A stretch of 64,000 nt of DNA from Vicinamibacteria bacterium (GTDB lineage: Bacteria > Acidobacteriota > Vicinamibacteria > Marinacidobacterales > Marinacidobacteraceae): positions 736,001 through 800,000 of the forward strand of contig OY821641.1 in assembly GCA_963555995.3 (NCBI GenBank), in the 5' to 3' direction. Below are positions 39,801 through 48,446 of the stretch, one piece after another (positions within the stretch are counted from its first letter, which is position 1; each line of letters opens with the position of its first letter). The notes under the pieces were generated by a model. The model was not told the DNA's origin, searched no databases, and was given only the letters and a program-made list of their open reading frames with translations. A program made the position numbers and the translations under genes.

Positions 39801-39884
39801 GCGGCGGTTCGCTACGAGGAACTGCGCGGCCAGCTCGACGATGTCCTGAAGCGGCTGTCGGACGCCGGCGTCGGCGGAGAGTAG
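36867..39884 (+). CDS. Secreted VPS10/BNR-repeat (Asp-box) glycosyl hydrolase-like beta-propeller protein
   Basis: GPSRGGRV, many S/T-x-D-x-G-x-T/N-W boxes, HGDNHDLWI, GRSFWILDD. Confidence 0.9.
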   Translation: MRRRLSSFLLAAFGAALMAAPAAAQPDPDVLGAMRYRMVGPSRGGRVTAVAGHRSQPGTFYMGATGGGVWKTTDYGHNWHPISDGYFKSPSIGAIAVAESDPDIVYVTTGSDGLRSNVIIGKGVYRSDDAGKTWRNLGLEETGSSGAVLIHPEDPDRVWIAQIGNPFIANPERGVYRSTDGGENWELVLFVSEQTGAVDLEFKPGDPDTIYASMWEAERKPWTIRSGGMEGGVHRSRDGGDTWEPLENGLPTGLRGKSDLAVSPADPSRVYVLIEAPGSDGGVYRSDDEGDTWRQITDFQPIRNRPFYYNNLHAHPTDADTLWGMAEGYWKSTDGGVNWERKFTPHGDNHDLWINPDQPNIHIQANDGGANVSIDGGETWSTQENQPTAELYQVDVSDNFPYRLYAGQQDNSTISVPSYPAQFRPGGHTAHWEAIGGCETGPAVPKPGDPDIVYANCKGRFGLYNMRTGQEEQYYVGFWNIYGHNPRDLEYRFQRTVPIHVSPHSPNRVFHASQYVHVTENGGRTWRTISPDLTAFTPETQVVSGDPITLDVTGEEHFAVLYDVQESPHEEGVIWAGANDGPIHVTRDGGRTWKEVTPPALGPYGRVQNIEVSPHNPAKAYAAVLRYQLGDFTPHAYKTLDYGDTWTRITDGTNGVPNDHPVRVVREDPDREGLLYLGTEWGMFLSDDDGATWTSFQQNLPVTPITDIKVVRQDLAISTMGRSFWILDDVTPLHEAPPAGETHFFQPRDEIRHRAGGRGFGAPSPADPEYPTPGPRFTYRLAADVDTARMDVRDENGDLVRSFASAGPGEETAMTQEMRAPGMMRRGAPTVPASAGVHRFTWDMRYDGAKDGDGNPSGRGVLAAPGRYTVELTAGDRTMARSFRLRLDPRTVEEGWVTAEHVREQVALALKARDALSEARMAAARLEAAMEGGGSDELQAIHEELVTRPIRYSQPMLVDQLSYLAGNLDTADQPPGRDAAVRYEELRGQLDDVLKRLSDAGVGGE

Positions 39885-39888
39885 GGCG

Positions 39889-41133
39889 ATGGGAAGCGGG
39901 GCGCCGGACTCCCGTATCAACGGCGCCCGCCTCCTCGACTCCATCGCCCGCCTCGCCGAAATCGGCGCCACCCCCGAGGGTGGCGCCGAGCGGCTGGCGT
40001 TCACCCCCGAGGACGGCGCCGGCCGGGACCTGGTCCGTTCCTGGATGGAGGACGCCGGCCTCGACGTCCGGGTGGACGGGATCGGCAACGTCATCGGCCG
40101 CCGGGCGGGGGAGGACCCGGACGCCGCCCCGGTGATGCTGGGCTCGCACACCGACACCGTCGGGAACGGCGGCCGCTACGACGGCAACCTGGGCGTGCTC
40201 GCGGCGCTCGAAGTCGCGCGCACGCTGAACGACGGGGACATCCACACCCGCCGCCCGCTCGAAGTCGCGATCTTCTCGAACGAGGAGGGCTCGCGCTACC
40301 ACCCGGACATGCTGGGGAGCCTGGTCTATGCCGGCGGGCTCGACCTCGAGAGCGCCTGGGCGCTCCGCAGTCCCGACGGCGCGCGGACGCTCAGGGACGA
40401 GCTGGAGGCCATCGGCTACCTCGGGGAGGCGCCGCTGCCCGGGCCGGTCCCGGCGGCGTACGTCGAACTCCACATCGAACAGGGACCGGTGCTCGAGGCC
40501 GAGGGCATCGCCTTCGGCGCCGTGACCGGCGTCCAGGGGATCCTGTGGGAGGAGATCACCCTCAGCGGGAAGGCCAACCACGCCGGCACCACGCCCATGC
40601 GGTTTCGCCACGACGCGGGGGTGGTGGCGGCGGAGGCGGTCCTGCTGGCGCGGAACCTGACGCGGGAGATTCCCGGCCAGGTGGCGACGGTCGGCCGGAT
40701 GTCGTTCGCGCCCGGGCTGACCAACGTGGTGCCCGGCCGGGCGGTCTTCACGCTGGACATCCGCAACCCCGACCCGGACCGGCTGGGGCGCGCCGAGGAC
40801 GGCTTCTTCAGCGGCCTCGAGGCCGCCGCCGGGCGCGAAGGGGTCCGCATCGAGCGGCGCGAACTCGCGCGTTTCGGTCCCGCGGTCTTCGATGAACGGG
40901 TGATCGCGCTGGTCGAGGAAGCGGCGGCGGCGCTGGGCGGATCCTGCCGGCGGATGCCCTCGGGAGCGGGCCACGATGCCCAGATGATGTCCCGCGTCTG
41001 CCCCACCGGGATGATCTTCGTACCCTCCGTCGGCGGCGTCAGTCACAACCCGACCGAGTTCACGCGCGACGAGGACGTGGTGGCGGGAGGAAACGCGCTC
41101 TTCGCGGTGGCGTTCAGCCTTTTGAAGTCCTAG
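39889..41133 (+). CDS. M20 Zn-dependent N-carbamoyl-amino-acid/allantoate amidohydrolase
   Basis: GSHTDTV, GRYDG, NEEG, ELHIEQGP, NHAGTTPM, SGAGHDAQ, SHNPTE. Confidence 0.93.
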   Translation: MGSGAPDSRINGARLLDSIARLAEIGATPEGGAERLAFTPEDGAGRDLVRSWMEDAGLDVRVDGIGNVIGRRAGEDPDAAPVMLGSHTDTVGNGGRYDGNLGVLAALEVARTLNDGDIHTRRPLEVAIFSNEEGSRYHPDMLGSLVYAGGLDLESAWALRSPDGARTLRDELEAIGYLGEAPLPGPVPAAYVELHIEQGPVLEAEGIAFGAVTGVQGILWEEITLSGKANHAGTTPMRFRHDAGVVAAEAVLLARNLTREIPGQVATVGRMSFAPGLTNVVPGRAVFTLDIRNPDPDRLGRAEDGFFSGLEAAAGREGVRIERRELARFGPAVFDERVIALVEEAAAALGGSCRRMPSGAGHDAQMMSRVCPTGMIFVPSVGGVSHNPTEFTRDEDVVAGGNALFAVAFSLLKS

Positions 41134-41241
41134 TTTTTCCGTGGTGTTACGTCGTCGCATCGCTTGTAGCGCAGCATCCCGGAACAGGAGCGGTGTGATA
41201 GCGTTTGCCGCCGCACTTGGGGAGGGGGGAAGAAGGGGACG

Positions 41242-41535
41242 ATGGCCGGCAAGGTAGCGGTTGCCAAAGAACTCGCCGAGAAGCACGGGGGCAGGTACCA
41301 CCGTGGCAAGGGTCCCGATATCCGCACCGACAAGATCACCATCAACGTCGAGACCTCGCGCACCCTGCGCTCCGCCTGCGGCAGGCTCCGCGGATTCCGC
41401 GGCCCGGTCTACATCGCCTTGGCGAACGACGCCGACATCGAGACCGCGAAGACCATCCTCGCGGGCAAGACCGTCGGCCTGATGAACAGCAAGGGCCGCA
41501 TCCTCAAGAAATCAACCCGCGGCCGCTGGCCGTGA
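41242..41535 (+). CDS. Small basic protein with minimal PD-(D/E)XK-like motif
   Basis: Purine-rich RBS; 97 aa; GPDI...INVET pattern; GC3-rich codons. Confidence 0.6.
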   Translation: MAGKVAVAKELAEKHGGRYHRGKGPDIRTDKITINVETSRTLRSACGRLRGFRGPVYIALANDADIETAKTILAGKTVGLMNSKGRILKKSTRGRWP

Positions 41536-41733
41536 ACCCGTCGAGCGGTTCCCGGACGGGGCCAGGCGCGACGTCAAGTTGCGCCTCAACCCGCATCTGA
41601 ATCGGGGCCCCGCCAGGAAACCGCCCGGCGCTTCGCGCCGCAGTGCCGCAAGTGCGGCGCGAGCCGCACGCAGGCCCCGGAGCGGGAGGGGTTGGGGCCG
41701 GGCAACCCGGCTTCCAACCCCTCCTGGCTCGGG

Positions 41734-41864
41734 AATCAAAACTCCCTCGTGCGCTCGCGCGCACTTCGGCGAGTTCCGATTTGTCGTTGTTTTTTGTGAA
41801 AGGGGGTAACCCCCATTCACACTTTCCCCCGAACACGCGGGCAGCGAACCCAAGGTTCGCTGCC
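41734..41864 (-). other. ~131-bp multi-hairpin element, copy A (ncRNA or non-autonomous repeat)
   Basis: Reverse-complement homolog of 56674-56804. Confidence 0.75.
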
Positions 41865-41912
41865 ATCGTTTTTTCGCTCATTCAGCGAACGCGCCCGATG
41901 GCGCGCCTGCTT

Positions 41913-41958
41913 GGAACGCCGGTCTCCAGACCGGCACAGCGGTGCTCCGCACCGCGCA
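41913..41958 (+). repeat. Single GGAAC-type REP (41913-41935) + auxiliary hairpin
   Basis: Exact core. Confidence 0.85.
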
Positions 41959-42043
41959 CGTCACCACGCTGCCCAGTCTCACGGCGCGCCAAGCTCGAAC
42001 CTCATCCCCTCTTGGTAGATTCCCGCACCAACGGGACACCACC

Positions 42044-44080
42044 TTGGCGAGCGACACGGCGGCCGGCGTACGCGGCAAGCTCTGGGTGTTCGGGCCGGTC
42101 CGGGACCTGCTCCTGCTGATCGCCACCCCCATCCTGATCCTGCCGCTCGCCTTCGCCCTTCAGGGCCGGGAGACGGCCTACACCGTGGGGCTCCTGGTCG
42201 CCGGGTTCGGCGCCCTCGGCCACCACCTCCCCGGGATGATGCGGGCCTACGGCGACCGCGCCCTCTTCCGGCGCTTCCGCACCCGCTTCCTCGTGTCCCC
42301 GCTGGTCTTCGCGGCGGCGGCGCTCGGCTTCGCCGCGAACGGCCTGAACGGCGTGTCCCTGATCGTGCTCCTCTGGGGGATCTGGCACGGAGCGCTCCAG
42401 GTCTACGGCTTCCTCCGGATCTACGACGCCCGGGTGGGAGCGACCGGGCGGCTGACGGCGCGGCTCGACTGGCTCCTGTGCATCGGGTGGTTCGCCTTCG
42501 GGGTGCTCCACTCGCCCGGCCGGCTCGGCGAACTCCTCGAACTCTGGTACGCGCTCGGCGCGCCGCTGCTGTCGCCCGCGGTCTTTTTCGGTTTCCGGGA
42601 CGTCTTCGATCTCGGCCTCTTCGCCCTCACCGCGGTGTTCGTGTTCCGGGCGGGCCGGGACCTGCTGGCCGGGCAGGGACAGCACCCCGTCAAGCTCCTC
42701 GCCGCCGCCATGTCCTTCGGGTTCTGGTGGTGGTGCTCGGTCCAGGCGCCCTACGCGGTGCTCGGCGTCGCCCTTTTCGAGGTGTTCCACGACGTGCAGT
42801 ACCTCTCGATCGTCTGGGTGTTCAACCGGAAGCGGGCGCGGGACGACGACGCCGGCTTCTTCACCCGGGTCCTCTTCGGGGGCGGGCGGGCCATGCTCTT
42901 CGTCTATGTCGGCCTCGTCCTCGGCTACGGCCTCTTCCGGTTCCTTCCCGAGGCGGTCTCGAGCCCGGCGGTGCAGCGCGGCGTCCTCGCGCTGGTGGCC
43001 GCCTCGACCATGCTCCACTTCTACTTCGACGGCTTCATCTGGAAGATCCGCGAGACGAAGACGAGCGCCGCGCTCGGGATCCGGCGGGCGTCCGGCGCGT
43101 CGCCGGTGGGACCCGCGGCGAACCCCTGGCTCACCCCGCACGCCGTCAAGTGGGCCGGCCTCTTCTTCCTGCCGCTCGCGCTGCTCTTCGGCCTCGAGCG
43201 CCGCGCGGCCGCCGCGCCGCTCCAGGAGCGCTACGAGAACCTCACCACCCTGGTCCCGGAGAGCGCCGAGTTCCACCACAACCTCGGTTTCGCCTACCGC
43301 GACGGAGGCGACCTCGAAGCCGCCGAGGCCCGCTACCGGCGCGCCATCGAAATTGATCCCGAGTACCCGCGCGCCCACGCCAACCTGGGGATCGCGCTGC
43401 TCTCGCAGGGGGAATGGGAGGAGGCCGAAGGCGCGCTCCGGCGCGCGCTCCGGCTCGACGACGGGTACGCCGCCGCCCACCACAACCTCGGCTTCATCCA
43501 GGAGCGGGTCGGGGTGCGCCTCGAAGCGGAGCGCCATTACCGCCGCGCCATCGAGCTCGATCCGGGGCTCGTCGAGCCGCGGCTCGGCCTCGCCCGGATG
43601 CTGCTCGCCGCGGACAACGCCGTGGGCGCCGAGCCGGTCCTCGAGGCGGCGCTCGCCGTGGACCCGGGCCTGCCCGAGGCGCACCGGAACCTCGGGCTGA
43701 TCCTCGCGGGAAGGGGCGAACACGCCGCGGCGGTGGTCCATCTCGACATCTCGCTCGCCGCGGTTCCCGACGATTTCGTGGCGCTCGAGACCGCCGGCTG
43801 GATCCTCGCGGTCTATCCGGACGTCCGCGACCCCGAACGGGCGGTGCGCTACGCCCGGCGGGCCTCCGAGCTGGCGCGGCATCTCAGCTCCTCCGCGGCC
43901 GACACGCTGGGAGCGGCGCTCGCCGCCGCCGGGGACTTCGAAGCCGCGCTGACCGCCGCCCGGACCGCGGAGGCGCTGGCGACCGACGCGGGCCATGCGG
44001 AGCTCGCCGGCGAGATCGCCGCCCGGATCGCGCTCTACGAGGAGGGCCGTCCGGTGACCGTGGCCCCGGCGCCGCGATGA
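42044..44080 (+). CDS. Multi-pass His-motif membrane protein fused to TPR repeats
   Basis: ~9-10 TM helices with GHH, WHG..Q.YG, FHDVQY, HFYFDGFIWK; C-terminal TPRs (AHANLG, AHHNLG, AHRNLG). Start (TTG) uncertain. Confidence 0.82.
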   Translation: MASDTAAGVRGKLWVFGPVRDLLLLIATPILILPLAFALQGRETAYTVGLLVAGFGALGHHLPGMMRAYGDRALFRRFRTRFLVSPLVFAAAALGFAANGLNGVSLIVLLWGIWHGALQVYGFLRIYDARVGATGRLTARLDWLLCIGWFAFGVLHSPGRLGELLELWYALGAPLLSPAVFFGFRDVFDLGLFALTAVFVFRAGRDLLAGQGQHPVKLLAAAMSFGFWWWCSVQAPYAVLGVALFEVFHDVQYLSIVWVFNRKRARDDDAGFFTRVLFGGGRAMLFVYVGLVLGYGLFRFLPEAVSSPAVQRGVLALVAASTMLHFYFDGFIWKIRETKTSAALGIRRASGASPVGPAANPWLTPHAVKWAGLFFLPLALLFGLERRAAAAPLQERYENLTTLVPESAEFHHNLGFAYRDGGDLEAAEARYRRAIEIDPEYPRAHANLGIALLSQGEWEEAEGALRRALRLDDGYAAAHHNLGFIQERVGVRLEAERHYRRAIELDPGLVEPRLGLARMLLAADNAVGAEPVLEAALAVDPGLPEAHRNLGLILAGRGEHAAAVVHLDISLAAVPDDFVALETAGWILAVYPDVRDPERAVRYARRASELARHLSSSAADTLGAALAAAGDFEAALTAARTAEALATDAGHAELAGEIAARIALYEEGRPVTVAPAPR

Positions 44081-46188
44081 GATCCGCGATGCGGCTGGCC
44101 ACCGCCGCCGCGCTTGCCGCGCTGGCCGGCGCTTCCGCCGCCGCCCAGGACGGCATGGCGCCCCGCCATCGCGCCTGGCTCGAGGAAGAGGTCGTCTACA
44201 TCATCTCCGAGACCGAACGCCGGGCGTTCCTGCGCCTCGAGGGGGAGGACCTCCGGGACGCCTTCATCGAGGCCTTCTGGGAGCGGCGCGACCCCAACCC
44301 GACCACCGCGGAGAACGAGTACCGGGAGGAGCACTACGAACGGATCGCCTACGCCAACGAGTTCTACGGCCGCGACACCGGCCGGGCCGGCTGGCGCACC
44401 GACCGGGGCCGCTTCCACATCGTCCTCGGCCCGCCGCGGACGAAGGAGGACTTCTCCTACTCCAACTTCCTCTACCCGGCGGAGCTGTGGTTCTACAACG
44501 ATCCCGCCCTCCGGGAGCACGGCGTGCCCCCGTTCTTCCATCTGCTCTTCTTCCGGCGCTTCGGGGCCGGCGAGATGCGCCTCTACAGCCCCGTGGAGGA
44601 CGGACCGCAGGCGCTGCTGATCGCGCCGGAGCCGTTCATCCAGGGCGACTTCCGCCAGCAGATCGAATGGGCCTTCGACCAGCTCCACGAGATCAGCCCC
44701 GAACTCGCCTCGGCGGCGCTCTCGTTCCGCACCGACGAGGGCACGAACTTCGCCGACGTGCGGGCCTTCGGGACGGTCTCGCTCATGGACGAGATCTACC
44801 GCTCCCCCACCTATGGAATCGACACCGGTTACGCGGAGCGCTTCGATTTCGGGACGGTGGAGAGCGACTACCTCTTCAACTACGTGGCGAGCGCCGGCTT
44901 CCACCACGTCCTGCCCGGGCCGGGGGGCTACTACCTGCACTGGGCGATCCAGATCCCGAACGAGTCGGTGATCGTGGTGCGCGACGCCGCGATCGGCCGC
45001 TACGGCGCGGTCTTCATCGCCTCCATCGAGATCAGCGCCCTCGATGACCCGGAGACCGTGCTCTACGACGACCGCGCGGAGTCCTTCTTCGCGGTGTCCG
45101 AGGAAGAGGCGGCGGCGCTCGGCCAGCCGTTCCTGTTCCGGGGCGTGGTGCCGGTGATCCCGGGGTCGCACCACCTCCGGATCGTGGTCCGGAACCGGGC
45201 CTGTCCGAGCCGGGACGAGGAGGAGTGCCGCCGGGCCTACACCCTGCTCGAGACGCCGATCGAGGTTCCCGACCTCCAGTTCGAGGCCCCGGCGCTGACC
45301 GAACCGGTCCTCGCCCACGGAAGCGAGCTTCTCGGGGGCGAGCCCCTCTACCGGGGCTACCGCTTCGGCCGGCGCGCGCTTCACCCGAACCCCTCCGCGG
45401 TCTTCGCCGCCGGGACGACGCTCTACCTCCTCTCGGAGCCCCTCAACGCCCCCGAGGAGGCCCGGGTGGCGTGGACCGTGGCCCCCGATCCCGACGCGCC
45501 TCCCGCGGAGGAGCCTCCCGCCCCGCTTGCCGGATCCGTGGCCGCGCACGGCGACCGGGAGGGCCCCCTGCTCGTGAGCCAGCCGCTTGCGGACCTTCCC
45601 GGCGGGAGGTACGTCGCCGTGCTCCGTCTCCTCGACGGCGCCGGCGCCGAGCTGGCCCGCCGCGAAGTCCGGTTCCGGATCTCGCCCCGGGCGACGCTCG
45701 CCCGGCCGCTCGTGGACGGCGGACTCGGCGAGATCCGGCCGGAGCTGGCGGGGGCGCCCGAGTTGGCGCGGGCTCGGCAATGGGAGGCCGCCGGAGACCG
45801 GGCGACGGCGCGGGCGTTCGCCGAGGAGGCGGTGCGCGTGGGACCCCACTACGTCCCGGCGCGCGAGCTGCTGGCGGGATACCTCCTGGAGGACGACGCC
45901 CCGGCCGAAGCCGCGACGCTCCTGGGCCCGGTCTTCGAGGCGTACCCCGACCGCTACGAAACCGCCGTCCGACTCGGCGAGGCGCGCGTCCGCACCGGCG
46001 ACTTCGAGGGCGCCCTCGGGCCGCTGACCCGGGCGGTCGAACTCCGGGCCCCGGACGCCGACCTCCTGGTGCTGCTCGCCACCACCCACCTGGTGCTCGG
46101 GGACGAGACCAGCGCGGGCCGATTGCTCGATCAGGCGTACGCGCTGGACCCGGAGAACGAGCAGGTGCTGGCGCTCCGGCGACGCTGA
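44077..46188 (+). CDS. GWxTD-domain protein with C-terminal TPRs
   Basis: WLEEEVVYII, FWERRDP, GWRTDRGR; ATGA overlap. Confidence 0.9.
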   Translation: MRSAMRLATAAALAALAGASAAAQDGMAPRHRAWLEEEVVYIISETERRAFLRLEGEDLRDAFIEAFWERRDPNPTTAENEYREEHYERIAYANEFYGRDTGRAGWRTDRGRFHIVLGPPRTKEDFSYSNFLYPAELWFYNDPALREHGVPPFFHLLFFRRFGAGEMRLYSPVEDGPQALLIAPEPFIQGDFRQQIEWAFDQLHEISPELASAALSFRTDEGTNFADVRAFGTVSLMDEIYRSPTYGIDTGYAERFDFGTVESDYLFNYVASAGFHHVLPGPGGYYLHWAIQIPNESVIVVRDAAIGRYGAVFIASIEISALDDPETVLYDDRAESFFAVSEEEAAALGQPFLFRGVVPVIPGSHHLRIVVRNRACPSRDEEECRRAYTLLETPIEVPDLQFEAPALTEPVLAHGSELLGGEPLYRGYRFGRRALHPNPSAVFAAGTTLYLLSEPLNAPEEARVAWTVAPDPDAPPAEEPPAPLAGSVAAHGDREGPLLVSQPLADLPGGRYVAVLRLLDGAGAELARREVRFRISPRATLARPLVDGGLGEIRPELAGAPELARARQWEAAGDRATARAFAEEAVRVGPHYVPARELLAGYLLEDDAPAEAATLLGPVFEAYPDRYETAVRLGEARVRTGDFEGALGPLTRAVELRAPDADLLVLLATTHLVLGDETSAGRLLDQAYALDPENEQVLALRRR

Positions 46189-46222
46189 GCGGGGGCCTCC
46201 CGGGGCGGCCGGCGCGCCGCCG

Positions 46223-47992
46223 TCAGGCCGGCGGCGCCGTTCCCCCCGACCGCTTCTCCGCCGACCGGCGCCGCATCTCCTCGGCGGTCTGCTCCACCAG
46301 CGAGATCCGTTCCAGCACCTCGTCCCCGGTGACGCCTTCCTTGCGGCGTTCCAGCTCCTCGGCGATCTCGTCCATGAGCGCGATGAGCCCCAGGACCTCC
46401 TCGCTGGTGATGCTCCCCAGGAACGCCCCGGACTCCCGGTCCCGCACCGGAATGATGTGGGTCCCGTGATGCGTCATCCGCTTCAGCGCGTCTTCCAGAT
46501 GGTCCTCGGGCGCCGCGTTCGGGAACCGGGTGCGGACCACCTGGCGCAGCGGCGTCGTCGCCCATTCCCGTTCGGGGGTCAGCCGTAGCCGGGGCAGGGA
46601 CACCAGCCCGACGACTTCGTCGTTCTCCACCACGAGGTAGTCCATCTGGTCGGGCGCGGTCCAGTTGTCCGCGAACTCCCGCAGGGAGACCTGGGGGCCG
46701 GGGTAGGGGTGGCTGCGGTCCAGGAGGTGGTTCACGGTTATGTCATCGAGCGCGTGCCGGGCGAAGGAGGGCGGGACCGCGTCCGGCGCGGAGGCGCGAT
46801 GCGTCTTCGTGGCCCTGCCGACCGCCGCGGAGATCACCGGCGGCATGAACACGATGTAGGCGAACATGATGATCACGAACAGCGAGAACACCTCCCGCCC
46901 GATGACGCCCGCTTCGAGCAGCACGAGCAGCAGCGCGATCTCCGAGACTCCCTTCGCCATGAGTCCGGCCGCCTGGGCGTAGGGCTTATCGAGGCGCGCC
47001 GAGTAGGCGCCCAGCACGGCGCCCACGAACTTGCCGGCCAGCGGGATGGTGGCGAGCGCGAGGATCGTCGCCGGCGGCAGGTTCAGGAACGAGAGGTCGA
47101 GGTGCAGGCCGGCGGCGGCGAAGAATAGGGGGACGAAGATGCCGTCGGCGGCGCTGCGGAGGCCGGGCGTGATTTCCCGGTGCACCCGGCGCGCCACCCC
47201 GGAGAGCGCGACCCCGAACAGCAGCGCCCCCATGGAGCCGTGGAGTTCCATCATCTCGGCGCCCACCACGATCAGGAAGAGCCCTCCGAAGATGATCCCG
47301 AAGGCCAGCTCCGGTACGTTGGCCAGACGCTCCAACTGGTTGATGGCCCGCGGCAGGAGCTTCGCGGACAGCACCCAGGCGACCACCGTGAAGATCCCGA
47401 TGTGGGCGAGCAGGCTCAGGATGCCCGCCAGGTTCGGTCCGTGGTCCCGCTCGCCGAGCGCGAACCCGATGAGCAATAGAGCGATCAGTTCGGCGACGAT
47501 GACCGCGGTGAAGATCTCGAGCCCGATGGGTTTCTTGAGGTGCCCGCTGTCCGCGAGCACCTTGGTCACGAGTCCGAGGCTGGAGAGCGACAGGATGCCC
47601 GAGAGCGCGAGGGCGTCCATGAAGTCGAGGCCGAGCGCGAAGCCGACCGGGAAGAGGTCGGAGGTGACGAACAGGGCGCTGGCCATGGAAACGCCCACGG
47701 ACACGAGCGCCGCCACGAAGAACCGGCCCCGGATCGTGGACTTGAAGCTCGGCAGGTCAATCTCGTCGAGGCCCACCAGGAAGAAGAACAGGAAGATCCC
47801 GACGTGCAGGAAGATGTCCAGTTCGTGGACCTGGATGTCCGTGTCCAGCCGCACGATCCCGGTGACGGGGCCGAGCAGGATGCCGGTGGCGGTGTAGGCG
47901 ATGATGGAGTTCAGCCCGTAGCGGCTCAGCAACGCTTCGGCGAGCTTGGCCGCGATGATGAGCAGTCCCAGGGACAGCAGCGCTTCGATCAT
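46223..47992 (-). CDS. Cation:proton antiporter (CPA2) with C-terminal CBS pair
   Basis: ~12 TM helices, FVPLFF..GL, MAKG.SEI; CBS-like tail. Confidence 0.88.
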   Translation of the reverse strand: MIEALLSLGLLIIAAKLAEALLSRYGLNSIIAYTATGILLGPVTGIVRLDTDIQVHELDIFLHVGIFLFFFLVGLDEIDLPSFKSTIRGRFFVAALVSVGVSMASALFVTSDLFPVGFALGLDFMDALALSGILSLSSLGLVTKVLADSGHLKKPIGLEIFTAVIVAELIALLLIGFALGERDHGPNLAGILSLLAHIGIFTVVAWVLSAKLLPRAINQLERLANVPELAFGIIFGGLFLIVVGAEMMELHGSMGALLFGVALSGVARRVHREITPGLRSAADGIFVPLFFAAAGLHLDLSFLNLPPATILALATIPLAGKFVGAVLGAYSARLDKPYAQAAGLMAKGVSEIALLLVLLEAGVIGREVFSLFVIIMFAYIVFMPPVISAAVGRATKTHRASAPDAVPPSFARHALDDITVNHLLDRSHPYPGPQVSLREFADNWTAPDQMDYLVVENDEVVGLVSLPRLRLTPEREWATTPLRQVVRTRFPNAAPEDHLEDALKRMTHHGTHIIPVRDRESGAFLGSITSEEVLGLIALMDEIAEELERRKEGVTGDEVLERISLVEQTAEEMRRRSAEKRSGGTAPPA

Positions 47993-48252
47993 GAACGGCC
48001 TCCCGCCGGACGGATGCCGCGCCTCGTTGAATTGCGGACCCCGATCAGCAGTGCCGGGTCAGCCGGCGCGGGTCCTTGTGCCGCAGGCGCCGGCTGTCGA
48101 AGGCGTGGAGTCCCGAGAAGTCCACCGCATCGAGGAACTTGCGCGCCGCCTTCGAGTCGTAGTAGCTGCGTCTCGGACGCCTGCCGGGTCCGCTCCAGCG
48201 CCTCCCGGAGGCTCGCGACTTCCCGCCGGAGTTCCTGTTCGAGGGTGCTCAT
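47989..48252 (-). CDS. Hypothetical small coiled-coil protein, possibly degenerate
   Basis: GGAGG upstream; MSTLEQELRREVASLREALE; stop overlaps the antiporter ATG. Confidence 0.35.
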   Translation of the reverse strand: MSTLEQELRREVASLREALERTRQASETQLLRLEGGAQVPRCGGLLGTPRLRQPAPAAQGPAPADPALLIGVRNSTRRGIRPAGGRS

Positions 48253-48391
48253 GCGATTCCACCTCCGGCGCGATGGAGCGCCGCCGAACGGTACGGGGGG
48301 GCCGGAGGAACTGTCAAGTTGACGGCGCGGACGGGTGGCGGGCGGCGCCTCCCGCCGGGGAGGGCGGGGCCGGCGGGCTCTCGCCGGGAAC

Positions 48392-48428
48392 AAGAAAACG
48401 GCGGCGGGCTCATGCGAGCCCGCCGCCG
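48392..48428 (-). terminator. Rho-independent terminator of the TonB-dependent receptor gene
   Basis: CGGCGGCGGGCTC-GCAT-GAGCCCGCCGCCG then TTTTCTT, 18 nt after the stop. Confidence 0.85.
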
Positions 48429-48446
48429 CGGAGCGGTCTCCGAGCC

